A DNA stretch of 64,000 nt. Origin: Gammaproteobacteria bacterium (GTDB taxonomy: Bacteria > Pseudomonadota > Gammaproteobacteria > UBA4575). This document shows positions 53,098-64,000 of this stretch, piece after piece; position 1 is the first letter of the stretch, and each line of letters begins with the position of its first letter. The DNA lies in assembly GCA_965243395.1 (NCBI GenBank), contig CBDEUS010000002.1, positions 1,216,001-1,280,000 on the forward strand, given 5' to 3'. The position numbers and the translations under genes are program-made. The notes beneath the pieces were generated by a model. The model was not told the origin of the DNA and ran no database searches. It saw nothing but the letters and a program-made list of their open reading frames with translations.

Positions 53098-53765
53098 TGC
53101 AATTCATTCTCATGTTCTGAGTTCAACATGATTACCTGTTCCAGTGGTTTGTTATCAAAATACACATTTGATGCATTCAGTCTTAATCTCCCTTCACAAA
53201 ACCATTTCACTGTTAGTGGGTAGATAATATGTTCTTTCTCTAATACACGCTTGGCAAGGGATTCTGGTGAATCTGATTTCTTAATATTTACTTTTGCTTG
53301 AAGAATAAGTGGACCTTCGTCTAATTCCGCAGTAACAAAATGTACACTGCAGCCATGCTCGGTATCGTTAGCGTTCAAAGCGCGCTCATGTGTATGTAGT
53401 CCTGTATATTTTGGAAGTAAAGACGGATGAATATTAAAGACTTTGCCTTGATATTCATTAATGAAATAAGGGCTCAATATACGCATAAATCCTGCTAAAA
53501 CGATTAGCTTAATGTTATAGACTTTGAGGGTCTTTATGAGTTCCCTGTCAAATTTTTCACGTGTAGCAAAATTGTTATGTTCAATGATATGTGTAGCGAT
53601 ATTGGCTTCTTTAGCGCGTAACAGACCATACGCATTTGGATTGTTACTGATCACACAAGCAATGGACGCATCAATATGTCCTTGCTGTATATGATCGATT
53701 ATAGATTGCAGATTACTACCACTGCCTGAAATAAGAACAGCTATCTGGCATGAAGTTTTGGACAC
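53094..53765 (-). CDS. purN: Phosphoribosylglycinamide formyltransferase
   Basis: VLISGSGSNLQ, LAGFMRIL, NIHPSLLPKY, ELDEGP. Confidence 0.98.
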   Translation of the reverse strand: MSKTSCQIAVLISGSGSNLQSIIDHIQQGHIDASIACVISNNPNAYGLLRAKEANIATHIIEHNNFATREKFDRELIKTLKVYNIKLIVLAGFMRILSPYFINEYQGKVFNIHPSLLPKYTGLHTHERALNANDTEHGCSVHFVTAELDEGPLILQAKVNIKKSDSPESLAKRVLEKEHIIYPLTVKWFCEGRLRLNASNVYFDNKPLEQVIMLNSEHENELQ

Positions 53766-53776
53766 AGGGTTACAAT

Positions 53777-54802
53777 TTAAAGTAATTCTATCTTTTGATT
53801 TGAAGAAGAGTTTTTAATTTCACCAATCTGAATAGCTTGATGGTTATTTTGTTTGCATAGGCTAATGACTTCTGAGGCTTGCTCTTGAGGAAGCATGATT
53901 AACATGCCCATACCGCAGTTAAAGACGCGTAACATTTCAGATTCTTCCACTTGCCCTATATTCTGTAACCAATTAAATATTGCAGGACGTTGCCAACTTT
54001 GGCTATTTATTTGTGCGCAGTAGCCCTCCGGCACAACGCGTGGGACATTTTCAATTAAGCCACCGCCAGTGATATGGCACAAACCATGAACAGTAAAGTT
54101 TTCTAAAATTTTTAATATGACATTCACATAAACAATTGTCGGCTCCAGCAATAAGTCTCCCAAACTTTTGTTCTCGATTTTTTCGTCCAATGAAATGTTC
54201 ATAGTTTCAATTATCTTATTGACTAGTGAAAAGCCGTTTGAATGAATGCCGCTGGAAGGAAGGCCAATAATGACATCTTTGTCATTAATCATACTTCCGT
54301 CAATAAGCTGATCGCGTTCAACAACGCCTACGCAAAATCCAGCCAGATCATATTCCCCTGCATCATACATACCTGGCATTTCTGCAGTTTCACCGCCAAT
54401 TAATGCTGCTCCAGACTGTCGGCACCCTTCCGCGATACCTTCTATTACGGTTTGTGCTTCTTGGACGGAGAGCTTACCGGTAGCAAAGTAATCTAAAAAA
54501 AATAGCGGTTCAGCTCCTTGCACAATTACGTCATTAACGCACATAGCGACTAAATCAATTCCGATCGAAGCATGTTTACTTAATTTTTGAGCGAGGCGCA
54601 GTTTGGTACCGACACCATCGGTACCGGATACAAGTATAGGTTGGCTGTATTTTTCGGCTTGTAAGGCAAATAACCCACCGAAGCCGCCAATACCTGATAG
54701 AACCTCTGGACGGTGGGTAGTCCGAATAGCAGGTTTAATAAGATCAACAAGTTGGTTGCCTGCATCAATATCGACACCGGCTTTTTTGTAATCAAGGCCC
54801 AT
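53777..54802 (-). CDS. purM: Phosphoribosylformylglycinamidine cyclo-ligase (AIR synthase)
   Basis: [37 protein letters not shown]. Confidence 0.99.
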   Translation of the reverse strand: MGLDYKKAGVDIDAGNQLVDLIKPAIRTTHRPEVLSGIGGFGGLFALQAEKYSQPILVSGTDGVGTKLRLAQKLSKHASIGIDLVAMCVNDVIVQGAEPLFFLDYFATGKLSVQEAQTVIEGIAEGCRQSGAALIGGETAEMPGMYDAGEYDLAGFCVGVVERDQLIDGSMINDKDVIIGLPSSGIHSNGFSLVNKIIETMNISLDEKIENKSLGDLLLEPTIVYVNVILKILENFTVHGLCHITGGGLIENVPRVVPEGYCAQINSQSWQRPAIFNWLQNIGQVEESEMLRVFNCGMGMLIMLPQEQASEVISLCKQNNHQAIQIGEIKNSSSNQKIELL

Positions 54803-55008
54803 TTATTTATCTAAATTAAGTTTATAAGGTAACTAATTGATATTTATCAAGTGCGATAAAGTAATTACATGGAATACATCGCTAATTTGCGATTTAAATT
54901 GCTTCATAATACGGTTACTTATACCATCTAAAAGATACTAATAATAAGCATTTTAATAGTGGATGGAGTGGGGCTTTATTGTAATCCACTGAGGAGTCTA
55001 GACATAGC

Positions 55009-55566
55009 ATGTCTTATTGGAGATATATACCAAACTTGATTACGTTGATGCGCTTTGCAGCAGTGCCTTTGCTTGTTTGGTGGTTAATTGATAATCAATT
55101 TTATAATGCACTTTTATTATGTTTACTCATGGGTTTATCTGATGCCTTGGATGGATTTTTAGCTAAGACTTTTAACTGGAAAACCACCTTAGGGTCTTAT
55201 CTAGATCCTGCTGCGGATAAAGTGATGCTGATTAGTGCATATATCGCCTTAGGTGCACTTCATCTACTTCCTCACTGGCTAGTATTCATTGTCATCATGC
55301 GCGATGTTGCGTTGCTTGCAGGTGCGGTGTCATATGTATCAATGACTAGGCGCCTGGAAATCGAGCCGAGCCTAATAAGTAAATTCAACACGTTTAGTCA
55401 AATTATCTTGGTGCTTGCAGTAGTCTATAGCCAAATAAATGCATTCCCATCTATTATTATTCAAACATTAATAGGTATTACCTTATTTACTACAATTGCT
55501 AGTGGTTATGACTATCTGGCGGAAGAGCGCTCTAGACGTGCGAGGCATTCCGGCAAACAAGCATAA
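55009..55566 (+). CDS. CDP-alcohol phosphatidyltransferase family protein
   Basis: IPNLIT..R, SDALDGFLAK...LGSYLDPAADK. Confidence 0.93.
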   Translation: MSYWRYIPNLITLMRFAAVPLLVWWLIDNQFYNALLLCLLMGLSDALDGFLAKTFNWKTTLGSYLDPAADKVMLISAYIALGALHLLPHWLVFIVIMRDVALLAGAVSYVSMTRRLEIEPSLISKFNTFSQIILVLAVVYSQINAFPSIIIQTLIGITLFTTIASGYDYLAEERSRRARHSGKQA

Positions 55567-55602
55567 TTCAGATATTTTTTTCTCTAATTTCTGGTTAATC
55601 AA

Positions 55603-56334
55603 ATGGCGACTTCCTGTCTGCAGAAACCTACTCAGTATTTATTAGATATTGCTCTACCAAAGTTTGCTACCTTTGATACATTTGTAGATGCCTGTGACGG
55701 TCAATTGTCATCAGCACTTCAGCAGTTAACACAAACTTTGCCTACTGCATTGGATGAAACTCAACAATTCTTTTTATGGGGTGTTGCTAATACTGGCAAA
55801 ACTCATTTACTGCAAGCAATTTGTAATCAGTCAGCGTTGACACAACAAAAATCTGTTTATTTACCCATGCGTGAGCTAGAAAAATTGGATGCAAATATAT
55901 TAGAAGAAATGCACCAGTTTGATATCGTTTGTATCGACGATGTAGAAATTGTTTTAGGAAGGAAACAGTGGGATAGAGCCTTATTTAATTTAATTAATGA
56001 GCTCCGCGATGAAAATAAAAATCTTGTGATAACTTCAAGTTATAATCCGAATGACATAAAAGTTAGCTTTAATGACTTGGCTTCGAGATTAGTTTGGGGA
56101 CAAGTATATAAACTGAACTTACTAAGTGATGATGAGAAGGCAATAGCAATTCAATTACATGCTAAAGCGCGTGGTTTAGAAGTTTCACAAGAGGTATGTA
56201 GCTATTTGCTTAAACGTTACCCACGCGAACTTGATAAGCTAATAGGGTTTTTAGACGAACTGGATAAGCAATCGATGATTCAACAAAGAAAGGTCACTGT
56301 CCCATTTGTAAAGACTGTTTTGCAGGATAATTGA
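55603..56334 (+). CDS. hda: DnaA regulatory inactivator Hda
   Basis: ATFDTF, WG...TGKTHLLQA, DLASRL.WG, RKVTVPFVK. Confidence 0.93.
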   Translation: MATSCLQKPTQYLLDIALPKFATFDTFVDACDGQLSSALQQLTQTLPTALDETQQFFLWGVANTGKTHLLQAICNQSALTQQKSVYLPMRELEKLDANILEEMHQFDIVCIDDVEIVLGRKQWDRALFNLINELRDENKNLVITSSYNPNDIKVSFNDLASRLVWGQVYKLNLLSDDEKAIAIQLHAKARGLEVSQEVCSYLLKRYPRELDKLIGFLDELDKQSMIQQRKVTVPFVKTVLQDN

Positions 56335-56348
56335 ATTTTAAATTTCGT

Positions 56349-57280
<932 letters not shown>

Positions 57281-57396
57281 TGCTTCTTATTATCCTCAAA
57301 GATTCTAGTTATATTTATCCGCTAGTATATTGGATAATCATTACAAATATAAGAAAAGCCAAGCATACATATACTAAATAGACATATATATTTAAT

Positions 57397-57696
57397 ATGA
57401 ATATAGGTGAAAATATAATCTCGGTTAGATGTATTGTTTCAGGCAAAGTGCAAGGTGTGTTTTTCCGTGCATCTACCCGTGATCGAGCTTTACAACTCAA
57501 TATAAGAGGTTATGCAAAAAACTTAAGTAGTGGAGAAGTCGAAGTCATTGCGTGTGGTAATAAGGATGCCATCGAGCAATTAAAGCAATGGCTAAAATGT
57601 GGTCCTAAATATGCCAAAGTTGAAAATATTGACTGCAAAGTCATTAGTATTCAAGAAATAGAAAATATAGATTTAAATAACTTTAAAGTGTTGTAA
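57397..57696 (+). CDS. acyP: Acylphosphatase
   Basis: [22 protein letters not shown]. Confidence 0.93.
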   Translation: MNIGENIISVRCIVSGKVQGVFFRASTRDRALQLNIRGYAKNLSSGEVEVIACGNKDAIEQLKQWLKCGPKYAKVENIDCKVISIQEIENIDLNNFKVL

Positions 57697-57698
57697 AT

Positions 57699-58082
57699 AT
57701 GCCGATTTACGAATATCAGTGCCAAGCCTGTGGAGCGGTGCATGAAGAACTACAAAAAATTAGTGATCCTCCATTAAAGAAATGCCCTTATTGTGGAGAA
57801 CTTAAATTAAAAAAATTAATTTCAGCACCAAGCTTTCGTTTAAGCGGTACAGGCTGGTATGAAACTGACTTTAAATCGGACAAAGATAAACAACGAAACT
57901 TGAGTACAAAGGATTCAGAAAGCGAAGGTCAAAGTAAAGACCAAAGCAAGGATAATAAAAAATCAGACTCTAAAGACAGTAAAAACAAAAAAGATAAATC
58001 AGGTTCAGATAAAGGTAGCGGAAAGACAAAAAACACTAAAAAAAATAAATCTAAAACCAGTTCAAAATCAAAAGAATCCTGA
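57699..58082 (+). CDS. FmdB-family zinc-ribbon protein with Lys/Ser/Asp-rich tail
   Basis: [30 protein letters not shown]. Confidence 0.92.
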   Translation: MPIYEYQCQACGAVHEELQKISDPPLKKCPYCGELKLKKLISAPSFRLSGTGWYETDFKSDKDKQRNLSTKDSESEGQSKDQSKDNKKSDSKDSKNKKDKSGSDKGSGKTKNTKKNKSKTSSKSKES

Positions 58083-58138
58083 AACTCATCACAATTACTG
58101 ATTCCGTCAGAAAAATATACGAATATTAGATACTTCTA

Positions 58139-58167
58139 TTGCATGCCATGAGGTCAAAACGTACTAT
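58139..58167 (+). promoter_or_regulatory. Candidate sigma70 promoter for aspS
   Basis: TTGCAT-N17-TACTAT, ~31 nt before the ATG, which is preceded by an AAGGA SD-like sequence. Confidence 0.45.
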
Positions 58168-58198
58168 TCGCCGCTTGATACTATGTATAAGGTAAGGA

Positions 58199-59977
58199 AT
58201 GAGATCTCACTATTGCGGACAAGTCACAGAAGAGCTGATTGATCAAGAAGTATCGGCTTGCGGTTGGGTCAATAAAAGACGTGACCATGGCGGTGTAATA
58301 TTTGTCGATTTACGTGATCGAGAGGGCATTCTGCAGGTTGTTTTTGATCCCGATACACCTGAAATTTTTTCTATTGCGGAACAAATTCGTAATGAATATG
58401 TATTACGTATTAAAGGACGTGTCCGTAGGCGTCCCGAAGGCACAATTAACCCTGATTTGCCTACCGGTCAAATAGAAGTGCTTGCAAAAGAATTAGAAGT
58501 CTTAAATGAATCGGACACTCCCCCTTTTCAGTTAGACGATGATGATGTACATGAAGAGAACCGCTTGCGATACCGTTATGTTGATTTACGTCGTCCATTC
58601 ATGCAGGAGCGCATTCGTGCAAAAGCAAAAGTGGCAAGTGGTATTCGAAGCTTTTTAGACAGTAATGGCTTTTTAGATATTGAGACTCCTATCTTAACCA
58701 AAGCCACTCCGGAAGGTGCGCGCGACTATTTAGTTCCAAGCCGTACGCAACCAGGTTCATTCTTCGCGCTACCTCAATCCCCGCAGCTTTTTAAGCAATT
58801 GTTAATGATGAGTGGATTCGATCGTTACTATCAAATAGTACGTTGCTTTCGTGACGAAGATTTACGTGCAGATCGCCAACCAGAATTTACTCAATTGGAT
58901 ATTGAGACATCTTTTTTAGACCAAGATGAAATCATGTCGATTATGGAAGACATGATGCGCGAATCATTTAAAGAAAACTGTAACGTTGATCTGGACAATC
59001 CATTTCCAAGAATGACGTATGCTGAAGCCATGCAGCGTTTTGGCAGCGATAAACCTGATTTGCGTATCCCATTAGAATTTATAGATATCACAGACTTAAT
59101 GAAGAGTGTTGAGTTTAAAGTATTTAATGCTCCAGCAAATGACCCTGACAGTCGTGTTGCAATGTTAAAAGTTCCGCAAGGCTCAAAATTATCGCGTAAA
59201 GAAATTGATGATTACACTGAATATGTAGGTCAATATGGTGCAAAAGGTTTAGCCTACATTAAATGCAATGACGTAAGTGATCTTAAAGAGGGTTTGCAGT
59301 CCCCAATATTAAAATTCCTACCTGAGGAAATTATTCAACAATTAGTCGAAGTTTCAAAAGTTGATGATGGTGACTTATTATTTTTTGGCGCAGACAAGAA
59401 AATAATTGTGAACGCCGCTCTTGGTGCTTTGCGCGTAAAAATTGGTCATGATATGAAAATGGTGGAAGAGGGATGGAAACCGTTATGGGTCATTGATTTC
59501 CCTATGTTCGAGTGGGATCAAGATGTAAAACGTTGGTCTGCCTTGCATCATCCGTTTACTGCACCTACATGTAGCGCAGAAGAACTTAAAGCAAATCCTG
59601 GTGAAGCTTTATCAAAAGCCTACGATATGGTACTCAATGGTACCGAAGTGGGGGGTGGTTCTATACGTATACATAAACAAGATATGCAAGCGTCTGTATT
59701 TGAAGTGTTAGGAATTGAAAAACAAGAAGCAGAAGACAAATTTGGTTTCTTATTAAAAGCGCTTAAGTATGGTGCGCCTCCACATGGTGGAATCGCATTT
59801 GGTTTAGATAGGCTCGTTATGTTAATGACAGGTAGTCAATCGATTCGTGATGTTATTCCATTTCCAAAAACCCAAAATGCAACGTGCTTATTAACCGATG
59901 CTCCAGCAGAAGTAAGCGAAAAACAACTCAAAGAGTTACACATACGCATACGTACTAAGCCTAAACAAGATAGCTAG
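58199..59977 (+). CDS. aspS: Aspartate--tRNA ligase (likely non-discriminating Asp/Asn type)
   Basis: RRDHGGVIF (His at this position, as in non-discriminating enzymes), [28 protein letters not shown]. Confidence 0.98.
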   Translation: MRSHYCGQVTEELIDQEVSACGWVNKRRDHGGVIFVDLRDREGILQVVFDPDTPEIFSIAEQIRNEYVLRIKGRVRRRPEGTINPDLPTGQIEVLAKELEVLNESDTPPFQLDDDDVHEENRLRYRYVDLRRPFMQERIRAKAKVASGIRSFLDSNGFLDIETPILTKATPEGARDYLVPSRTQPGSFFALPQSPQLFKQLLMMSGFDRYYQIVRCFRDEDLRADRQPEFTQLDIETSFLDQDEIMSIMEDMMRESFKENCNVDLDNPFPRMTYAEAMQRFGSDKPDLRIPLEFIDITDLMKSVEFKVFNAPANDPDSRVAMLKVPQGSKLSRKEIDDYTEYVGQYGAKGLAYIKCNDVSDLKEGLQSPILKFLPEEIIQQLVEVSKVDDGDLLFFGADKKIIVNAALGALRVKIGHDMKMVEEGWKPLWVIDFPMFEWDQDVKRWSALHHPFTAPTCSAEELKANPGEALSKAYDMVLNGTEVGGGSIRIHKQDMQASVFEVLGIEKQEAEDKFGFLLKALKYGAPPHGGIAFGLDRLVMLMTGSQSIRDVIPFPKTQNATCLLTDAPAEVSEKQLKELHIRIRTKPKQDS

Positions 59978-59998
59978 TGTGGCAATAAATTGTAAAGA

Positions 59999-60862
59999 TT
60001 ATTGATATACGGGTTCGTTTTCTAATAGTTCACGCACATCAAAAACTGCAGGCTTAGATTGAGTATCTGTATTAGGAACTATTTGTTTTGCTTCTTTAGA
60101 ATTTGGAAACTGTTGGACAAGTATGAGTTTATACTGGTCAGCTAGATCGGATTTACCATTGGCATCGTTAATTTGTGCACCTAATAAAAGTGTTTTTGGC
60201 GTAGGCTGTGCTACTTTCTCATATTCTTGCAGTAATCGATATGCATTATCATAGTTATAATTTCCGTATTGAATTTTTGCAAGCTGATACCAAGGTACGG
60301 GTGATTTAGGATTTATCTTTAAGGCATTACTGAAATATCGAGTTGCTTTGACTTTATCAGGAATTCCTAGCACACAGAGACCGGCATTAGTGTAGGCAAC
60401 ATCTCTTTGATTATTTTTAACATTATTAGCTGCTGCTAAGAATAATTTTTCTGCTTCTAAGGGTTTGTCATTTTTACATAAGAAGCTTGCATAATTCGTT
60501 TGTGCTGCTGAATGATCAGGTTCAAATGATAAAGCACGTTTAAAATATCGCTCAGCTAAATCCAGCTGATTATTTTCTTTATAAATTAGACCGGCCACAG
60601 TATAAGCATCCGCAGATTTTTCATTTAACTGAATCGCTTTTCTCACCGATACAAGTGCTGCATCTAAACGGCCAGCATTCATATACTGTACGGCCTGTAC
60701 GACATAACCTTCTTCCTGAGGGGCCTTATTTGTAGGGGTGCTAGCACAAGAGACCATGGCACAGGCCAGCAAAATAAGGATCGATCTGGCTGCAATTCCT
60801 TTAGGCAAAAGCAGAGTTTTAACTGTACACTTTAGTCTAGAAATATTTTCCAAGTGGTTCAT
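59999..60862 (-). CDS. Type IV pilus biogenesis/stability TPR lipoprotein (PilW/PilF-like)
   Basis: Lipobox-like AMVS-C, TPRs, NYASFLC, AYTNAGLC, QFPNSKEA. Start uncertain. Confidence 0.8.
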   Translation of the reverse strand: MNHLENISRLKCTVKTLLLPKGIAARSILILLACAMVSCASTPTNKAPQEEGYVVQAVQYMNAGRLDAALVSVRKAIQLNEKSADAYTVAGLIYKENNQLDLAERYFKRALSFEPDHSAAQTNYASFLCKNDKPLEAEKLFLAAANNVKNNQRDVAYTNAGLCVLGIPDKVKATRYFSNALKINPKSPVPWYQLAKIQYGNYNYDNAYRLLQEYEKVAQPTPKTLLLGAQINDANGKSDLADQYKLILVQQFPNSKEAKQIVPNTDTQSKPAVFDVRELLENEPVYQ

Positions 60863-60887
60863 TAATAAAAATATTTGCGAATGTTAT

Positions 60888-61322
60888 ATGGAATATAAGC
60901 GCCCTGAATCAGTATTGGTCATTGTATACACACAAGCAAGTGAAGTCTTGATGTTACGCCGTAAGTTTCCAAGCGATTTTTGGCAATCTGTGACAGGTAG
61001 CCTCGAATGGGATGAAAAACCCATGCAAGCCGCTTTGCGTGAGCTACAAGAGGAAACAGGAATATCTGGGTATGAATTGAAAGACTGTGAATTTTCACAA
61101 AATTTCGAGATTTATTCGATCTGGCGTGACCGATATGAGCCAGGAGTGACTGAAAATAAAGAACATGTTTTTGTACTTGAGCTACCTGAAAAAATGGATA
61201 TTAGATTAGACCCAAGAGAGCATCACGAGTTTATTTGGCTATCTAAGAATAAGGCAATAGAAGTGGCTTTTTCACATACGAATCAGGAAGCAATAGAACG
61301 CTGGGTACCCAACGCAGGGTAG
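60888..61322 (+). CDS. nudB: Dihydroneopterin triphosphate diphosphatase (Nudix)
   Basis: YKRPESVLV, FWQSVTGS, AALRELQEETG, N.EH.F; start reassigned to ATG 60888. Confidence 0.93.
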   Translation: MEYKRPESVLVIVYTQASEVLMLRRKFPSDFWQSVTGSLEWDEKPMQAALRELQEETGISGYELKDCEFSQNFEIYSIWRDRYEPGVTENKEHVFVLELPEKMDIRLDPREHHEFIWLSKNKAIEVAFSHTNQEAIERWVPNAG

Positions 61323-61374
61323 TTAAATAATGAACTTTTCTGAAATTCATACCATGATAAATTTATTTAAGTAA

Positions 61375-61998
61375 ATGCGTGAAGTTGTTGTTTGTACTCA
61401 TGGTATTTGGATGAAAGGTTGGGTAATGCAGCCTATTGCTCATTACCTTCGCAAACACGGACATGATTGTGTTCAGTACTCTTATAAAAGTGTGCGTCGT
61501 TCCCCTAGAGAGAACGCCTTCTTGTTAGGTAAATTTGTCGATCAACTTGATGCAGATATTGTGCATTTTGTAGCTCACAGTTTAGGAGGGGTGATATTGC
61601 TGCATTATTTTGATTTATTTGATACCGCCCAGCCCGGGCGTGTCGTTATGCTAGGTTCACCGGTTGCGGGAAGTGGCGTAGCCAGATTTGTTTCAAAAAA
61701 TAATTTCATGAAAAATAATATGTTAGGAGCAAGCGCTAAGACTTTACTTGGAAGTGTGCCAAAGTGGAAAGGTACTCACCCTTTGGCAGTTATAGCCGGT
61801 ACAAAAGGATATGGTGTTGGCCAAATGTTAGGTGCTCCACTAGATAAACCGAATGATGGAACAGTTGCCGTTTCCGAAACAAAAGTCGATAACTGCACTT
61901 TGCATCTTCAAGTGCCCTACAGCCATACGGGGATGCTGCTATCTAAACATGTAGCGGCTGCAGTAGATTCGTTTATTCGCACCGGTGACTGTCACTAA
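61375..61998 (+). CDS. Alpha/beta hydrolase (lipase-like)
   Basis: HGIWM, AHSLGG nucleophile elbow, LGSP..GS, NDGTV, H.GML. Confidence 0.85.
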   Translation: MREVVVCTHGIWMKGWVMQPIAHYLRKHGHDCVQYSYKSVRRSPRENAFLLGKFVDQLDADIVHFVAHSLGGVILLHYFDLFDTAQPGRVVMLGSPVAGSGVARFVSKNNFMKNNMLGASAKTLLGSVPKWKGTHPLAVIAGTKGYGVGQMLGAPLDKPNDGTVAVSETKVDNCTLHLQVPYSHTGMLLSKHVAAAVDSFIRTGDCH

Positions 61999-62107
61999 AG
62001 CAACTGCAATTAAATGGGCCAAAGTGCTAAAATATGACCGTTCATTTGGGAGTGCTCTAAATGATCTAAGAGCAAGTCATTTAGAGTAATAAACTAGAGG
62101 AGTTTCA

Positions 62108-62854
62108 ATGGCCGGTCATAGTAAATGGGCCAATATTCAGCATCGCAAAAAAGCACAAGATGCGAAGCGCGGTAAATTATTCACCAGACTGATTCGGGAA
62201 ATTACAGTAGCTGCACGGATGGGCGGTTCCGATCTCGATTCCAACCCACGATTGCGCTTGGCTGTTGATAAAGGCTTATCCGCTAATATGAACAAAGACA
62301 CGGTGGATCGTGCGATCAAGCGTGGCGCAGGTGAGTTGGATGGTGATAATTATGAAGAAGTTCGCTACGAAGGCTATGGTCCGGGAGGGTCAGCGATTTT
62401 AGTGGATTGTATGACAGATAATCGCAACCGTACGGTTGCAGAAGTGCGTCATGCATTTTCCAAATATAATGGTAATTTAGGTACATCAGGTTCGGTTGCC
62501 TATATGTTTTCGAATGCTGGAGTCATTCAGTTTGCACCGGGCAGTGATGAAGATGCAATAATGGAAGTGGCACTTGAGTCGGGCGCTGAAGATGTTATTA
62601 CAGCAGACGATGGTAGTATCGAAGTATTAGCCACTCCTGATGATTTCATAGTAGTCAAAGATGCATTGGAAGACGCAAACCTCTCTCCCGTGCAAGCAGA
62701 AGTCACCATGCGAGCCAGTAATATGACAGAACTTTCGGATAAAGAAGGTGAAAGCATGTTGAAATTACTCGATGCCTTGGATGAATTAGATGATGTGCAA
62801 AACGTTTATTCCAATGCAGATATTCCTGAATCCGTTTATGAAGCTGTTGCGTGA
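62108..62854 (+). CDS. yebC: YebC/PmpR family protein
   Basis: [38 protein letters not shown]. Confidence 0.97.
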   Translation: MAGHSKWANIQHRKKAQDAKRGKLFTRLIREITVAARMGGSDLDSNPRLRLAVDKGLSANMNKDTVDRAIKRGAGELDGDNYEEVRYEGYGPGGSAILVDCMTDNRNRTVAEVRHAFSKYNGNLGTSGSVAYMFSNAGVIQFAPGSDEDAIMEVALESGAEDVITADDGSIEVLATPDDFIVVKDALEDANLSPVQAEVTMRASNMTELSDKEGESMLKLLDALDELDDVQNVYSNADIPESVYEAVA

Positions 62855-62876
62855 TAACAGTGAAATAGAGCGTTGA

Positions 62877-63428
62877 ATGCAATACAACGTACCTGATAAA
62901 AAAGAAAATACTATTCGTATTCTAGGGATTGATCCTGGATTACAAGTTACAGGTTTTGGGATCATTGAAAGTGATGGTCGTACCAGTCATTACATTCACA
63001 GTGCTAATATCAAAGCAAAAAATGTTAAGGATGATGTAACGATTCCTCATCGACTGGGCATAATCTTTAGCAAGTTAAGTGAAGCGATAGAACAGTATCA
63101 ACCTGATGAAGTTGCAGTAGAAGAAGTTTTTATTAATAAAAACGCATCTTCTTCATTAAAACTTGGGCATGCGCGTGGTGCTGCAATTTGTGCAGCGGTA
63201 CATCATCATATACCTGTCAGCGAATACAGTGCACGATCGGTTAAGCAAGCTGTAGTCGGAAATGGTGCAGCTAACAAGGACCAAATTCAACATATGGTTT
63301 TGCGTTTATTGGCATTGCGCGGCAAATTACAAGCTGATGAGGCAGATGCATTAGCCGTGTGCTTATGTCATGCGCATACAGCTTTATTGTTGAACAGCAA
63401 ACGTGAGCATGCTGGAGTTTACGCATGA
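62877..63428 (+). CDS. ruvC: Holliday junction resolvase
   Basis: RILGIDPG, EEVF, KLGHARG, VKQAVVG.G.A.K.Q, DEADALA. Confidence 0.97.
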   Translation: MQYNVPDKKENTIRILGIDPGLQVTGFGIIESDGRTSHYIHSANIKAKNVKDDVTIPHRLGIIFSKLSEAIEQYQPDEVAVEEVFINKNASSSLKLGHARGAAICAAVHHHIPVSEYSARSVKQAVVGNGAANKDQIQHMVLRLLALRGKLQADEADALAVCLCHAHTALLLNSKREHAGVYA

Positions 63429-64000
63429 TTGGGCGTTTACAAGGTGAAATTATTGAAAAGCAAGCACCCTATCTATTGTTAGATGTCAAAGGGGTGGGCT
63501 ATGAGCTTGAAGCACCAATGTCTACGTTTTATGAATTACCCGACTGTGGCGAAACGGTAATGTTGCATACGCATTTACTTGTGCGTGAGGATGCACACAT
63601 TCTTTATGCTTTCAAGCAAGTGCGTGACCGCAGCTTATTTCGCAATTTACTAAAAGTGAATGGAGTAGGGGCTAAAATGGCATTAGCGATTTTGTCAGGC
63701 ATGGATGCAAACTCTTTTTCACAATGCATTATTCATGGAGATGTTGATTCACTCGTACGCATTCCTGGTGTAGGTAAAAAAACAGCAGAACGTTTAATTT
63801 TAGATATGCAAGATCGACTTGATAAAGAAATGACAACGCAGGGAGCAAACAACGGTAAAACATCAAATGGATTAAATGGTCAGGCTAAACAAGATCCCAT
63901 TGCGGATGCAGTTTCAGCATTAGTATCTTTAGGATATAAACCTAATGAGGCTAGTCGCATGGTAAGTAGCATTGATGCTAAAAATCAAAATAGTGAAGAT
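63425..64000 (+). CDS. ruvA: Holliday junction branch migration protein RuvA (partial, runs off the window)
   Basis: ATG 63425 overlaps the ruvC stop; MIGRLQGEIIEKQAPYLLLDVKGVGYE, VREDA, KVNGVGAK, IPGVGKKTAERL. Confidence 0.96.
   Translation, partial: MIGRLQGEIIEKQAPYLLLDVKGVGYELEAPMSTFYELPDCGETVMLHTHLLVREDAHILYAFKQVRDRSLFRNLLKVNGVGAKMALAILSGMDANSFSQCIIHGDVDSLVRIPGVGKKTAERLILDMQDRLDKEMTTQGANNGKTSNGLNGQAKQDPIADAVSALVSLGYKPNEASRMVSSIDAKNQNSED

Noticed and set aside
57880-58082. Lys/Ser/Asp-rich tail of the FmdB-family protein
   Set aside because: Low-complexity tails are usual for this family.

Overview
Low-GC (roughly mid-30s % by eye), gene-dense chromosomal segment of a gammaproteobacterium. 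It is mostly housekeeping: end of the spc operon and the alpha operon (secY', rpmJ, rpsM-rpsK-rpsD-rpoA-rplQ), uvrA/ssb, miaB-phoH-ybeY-corC-lnt, leuS-lptE, holA-proA-nadD-rsfS-rlmH-maf-rng-yhdP-nitrilase-tldD-pmbA, purM/purN, hda, aspS, nudB-yebC-ruvC-ruvA'. Two accessory elements stand out. (1) A 1207-aa secreted mosaic protein after rplQ, preceded by a perfect CRP-type box and carrying six near-identical, GC-rich 294-bp (98-aa) repeats. (2) A ~15-kb divergent glycan locus between ssb and miaB. Its left arm (Wzx, SAM methyltransferase, HAD-IB enzyme, NTP transferase, LicD, GT2) resembles the phospho-N-methyl-threonine flagellin-glycan cassette of C. difficile and P. aeruginosa PAO1, but is wired to LicD and a Wzx flippase. 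Its right arm encodes a single 994-aa polymerase/ligase-like + MurJ-like flippase fusion, a GT4 and a complete diNAc-bacillosamine (PglC/D/E/F-type) pathway. No rRNA, tRNA, CRISPR, transposase or integrase was seen. All family calls are from motif recognition only; no searches were run.
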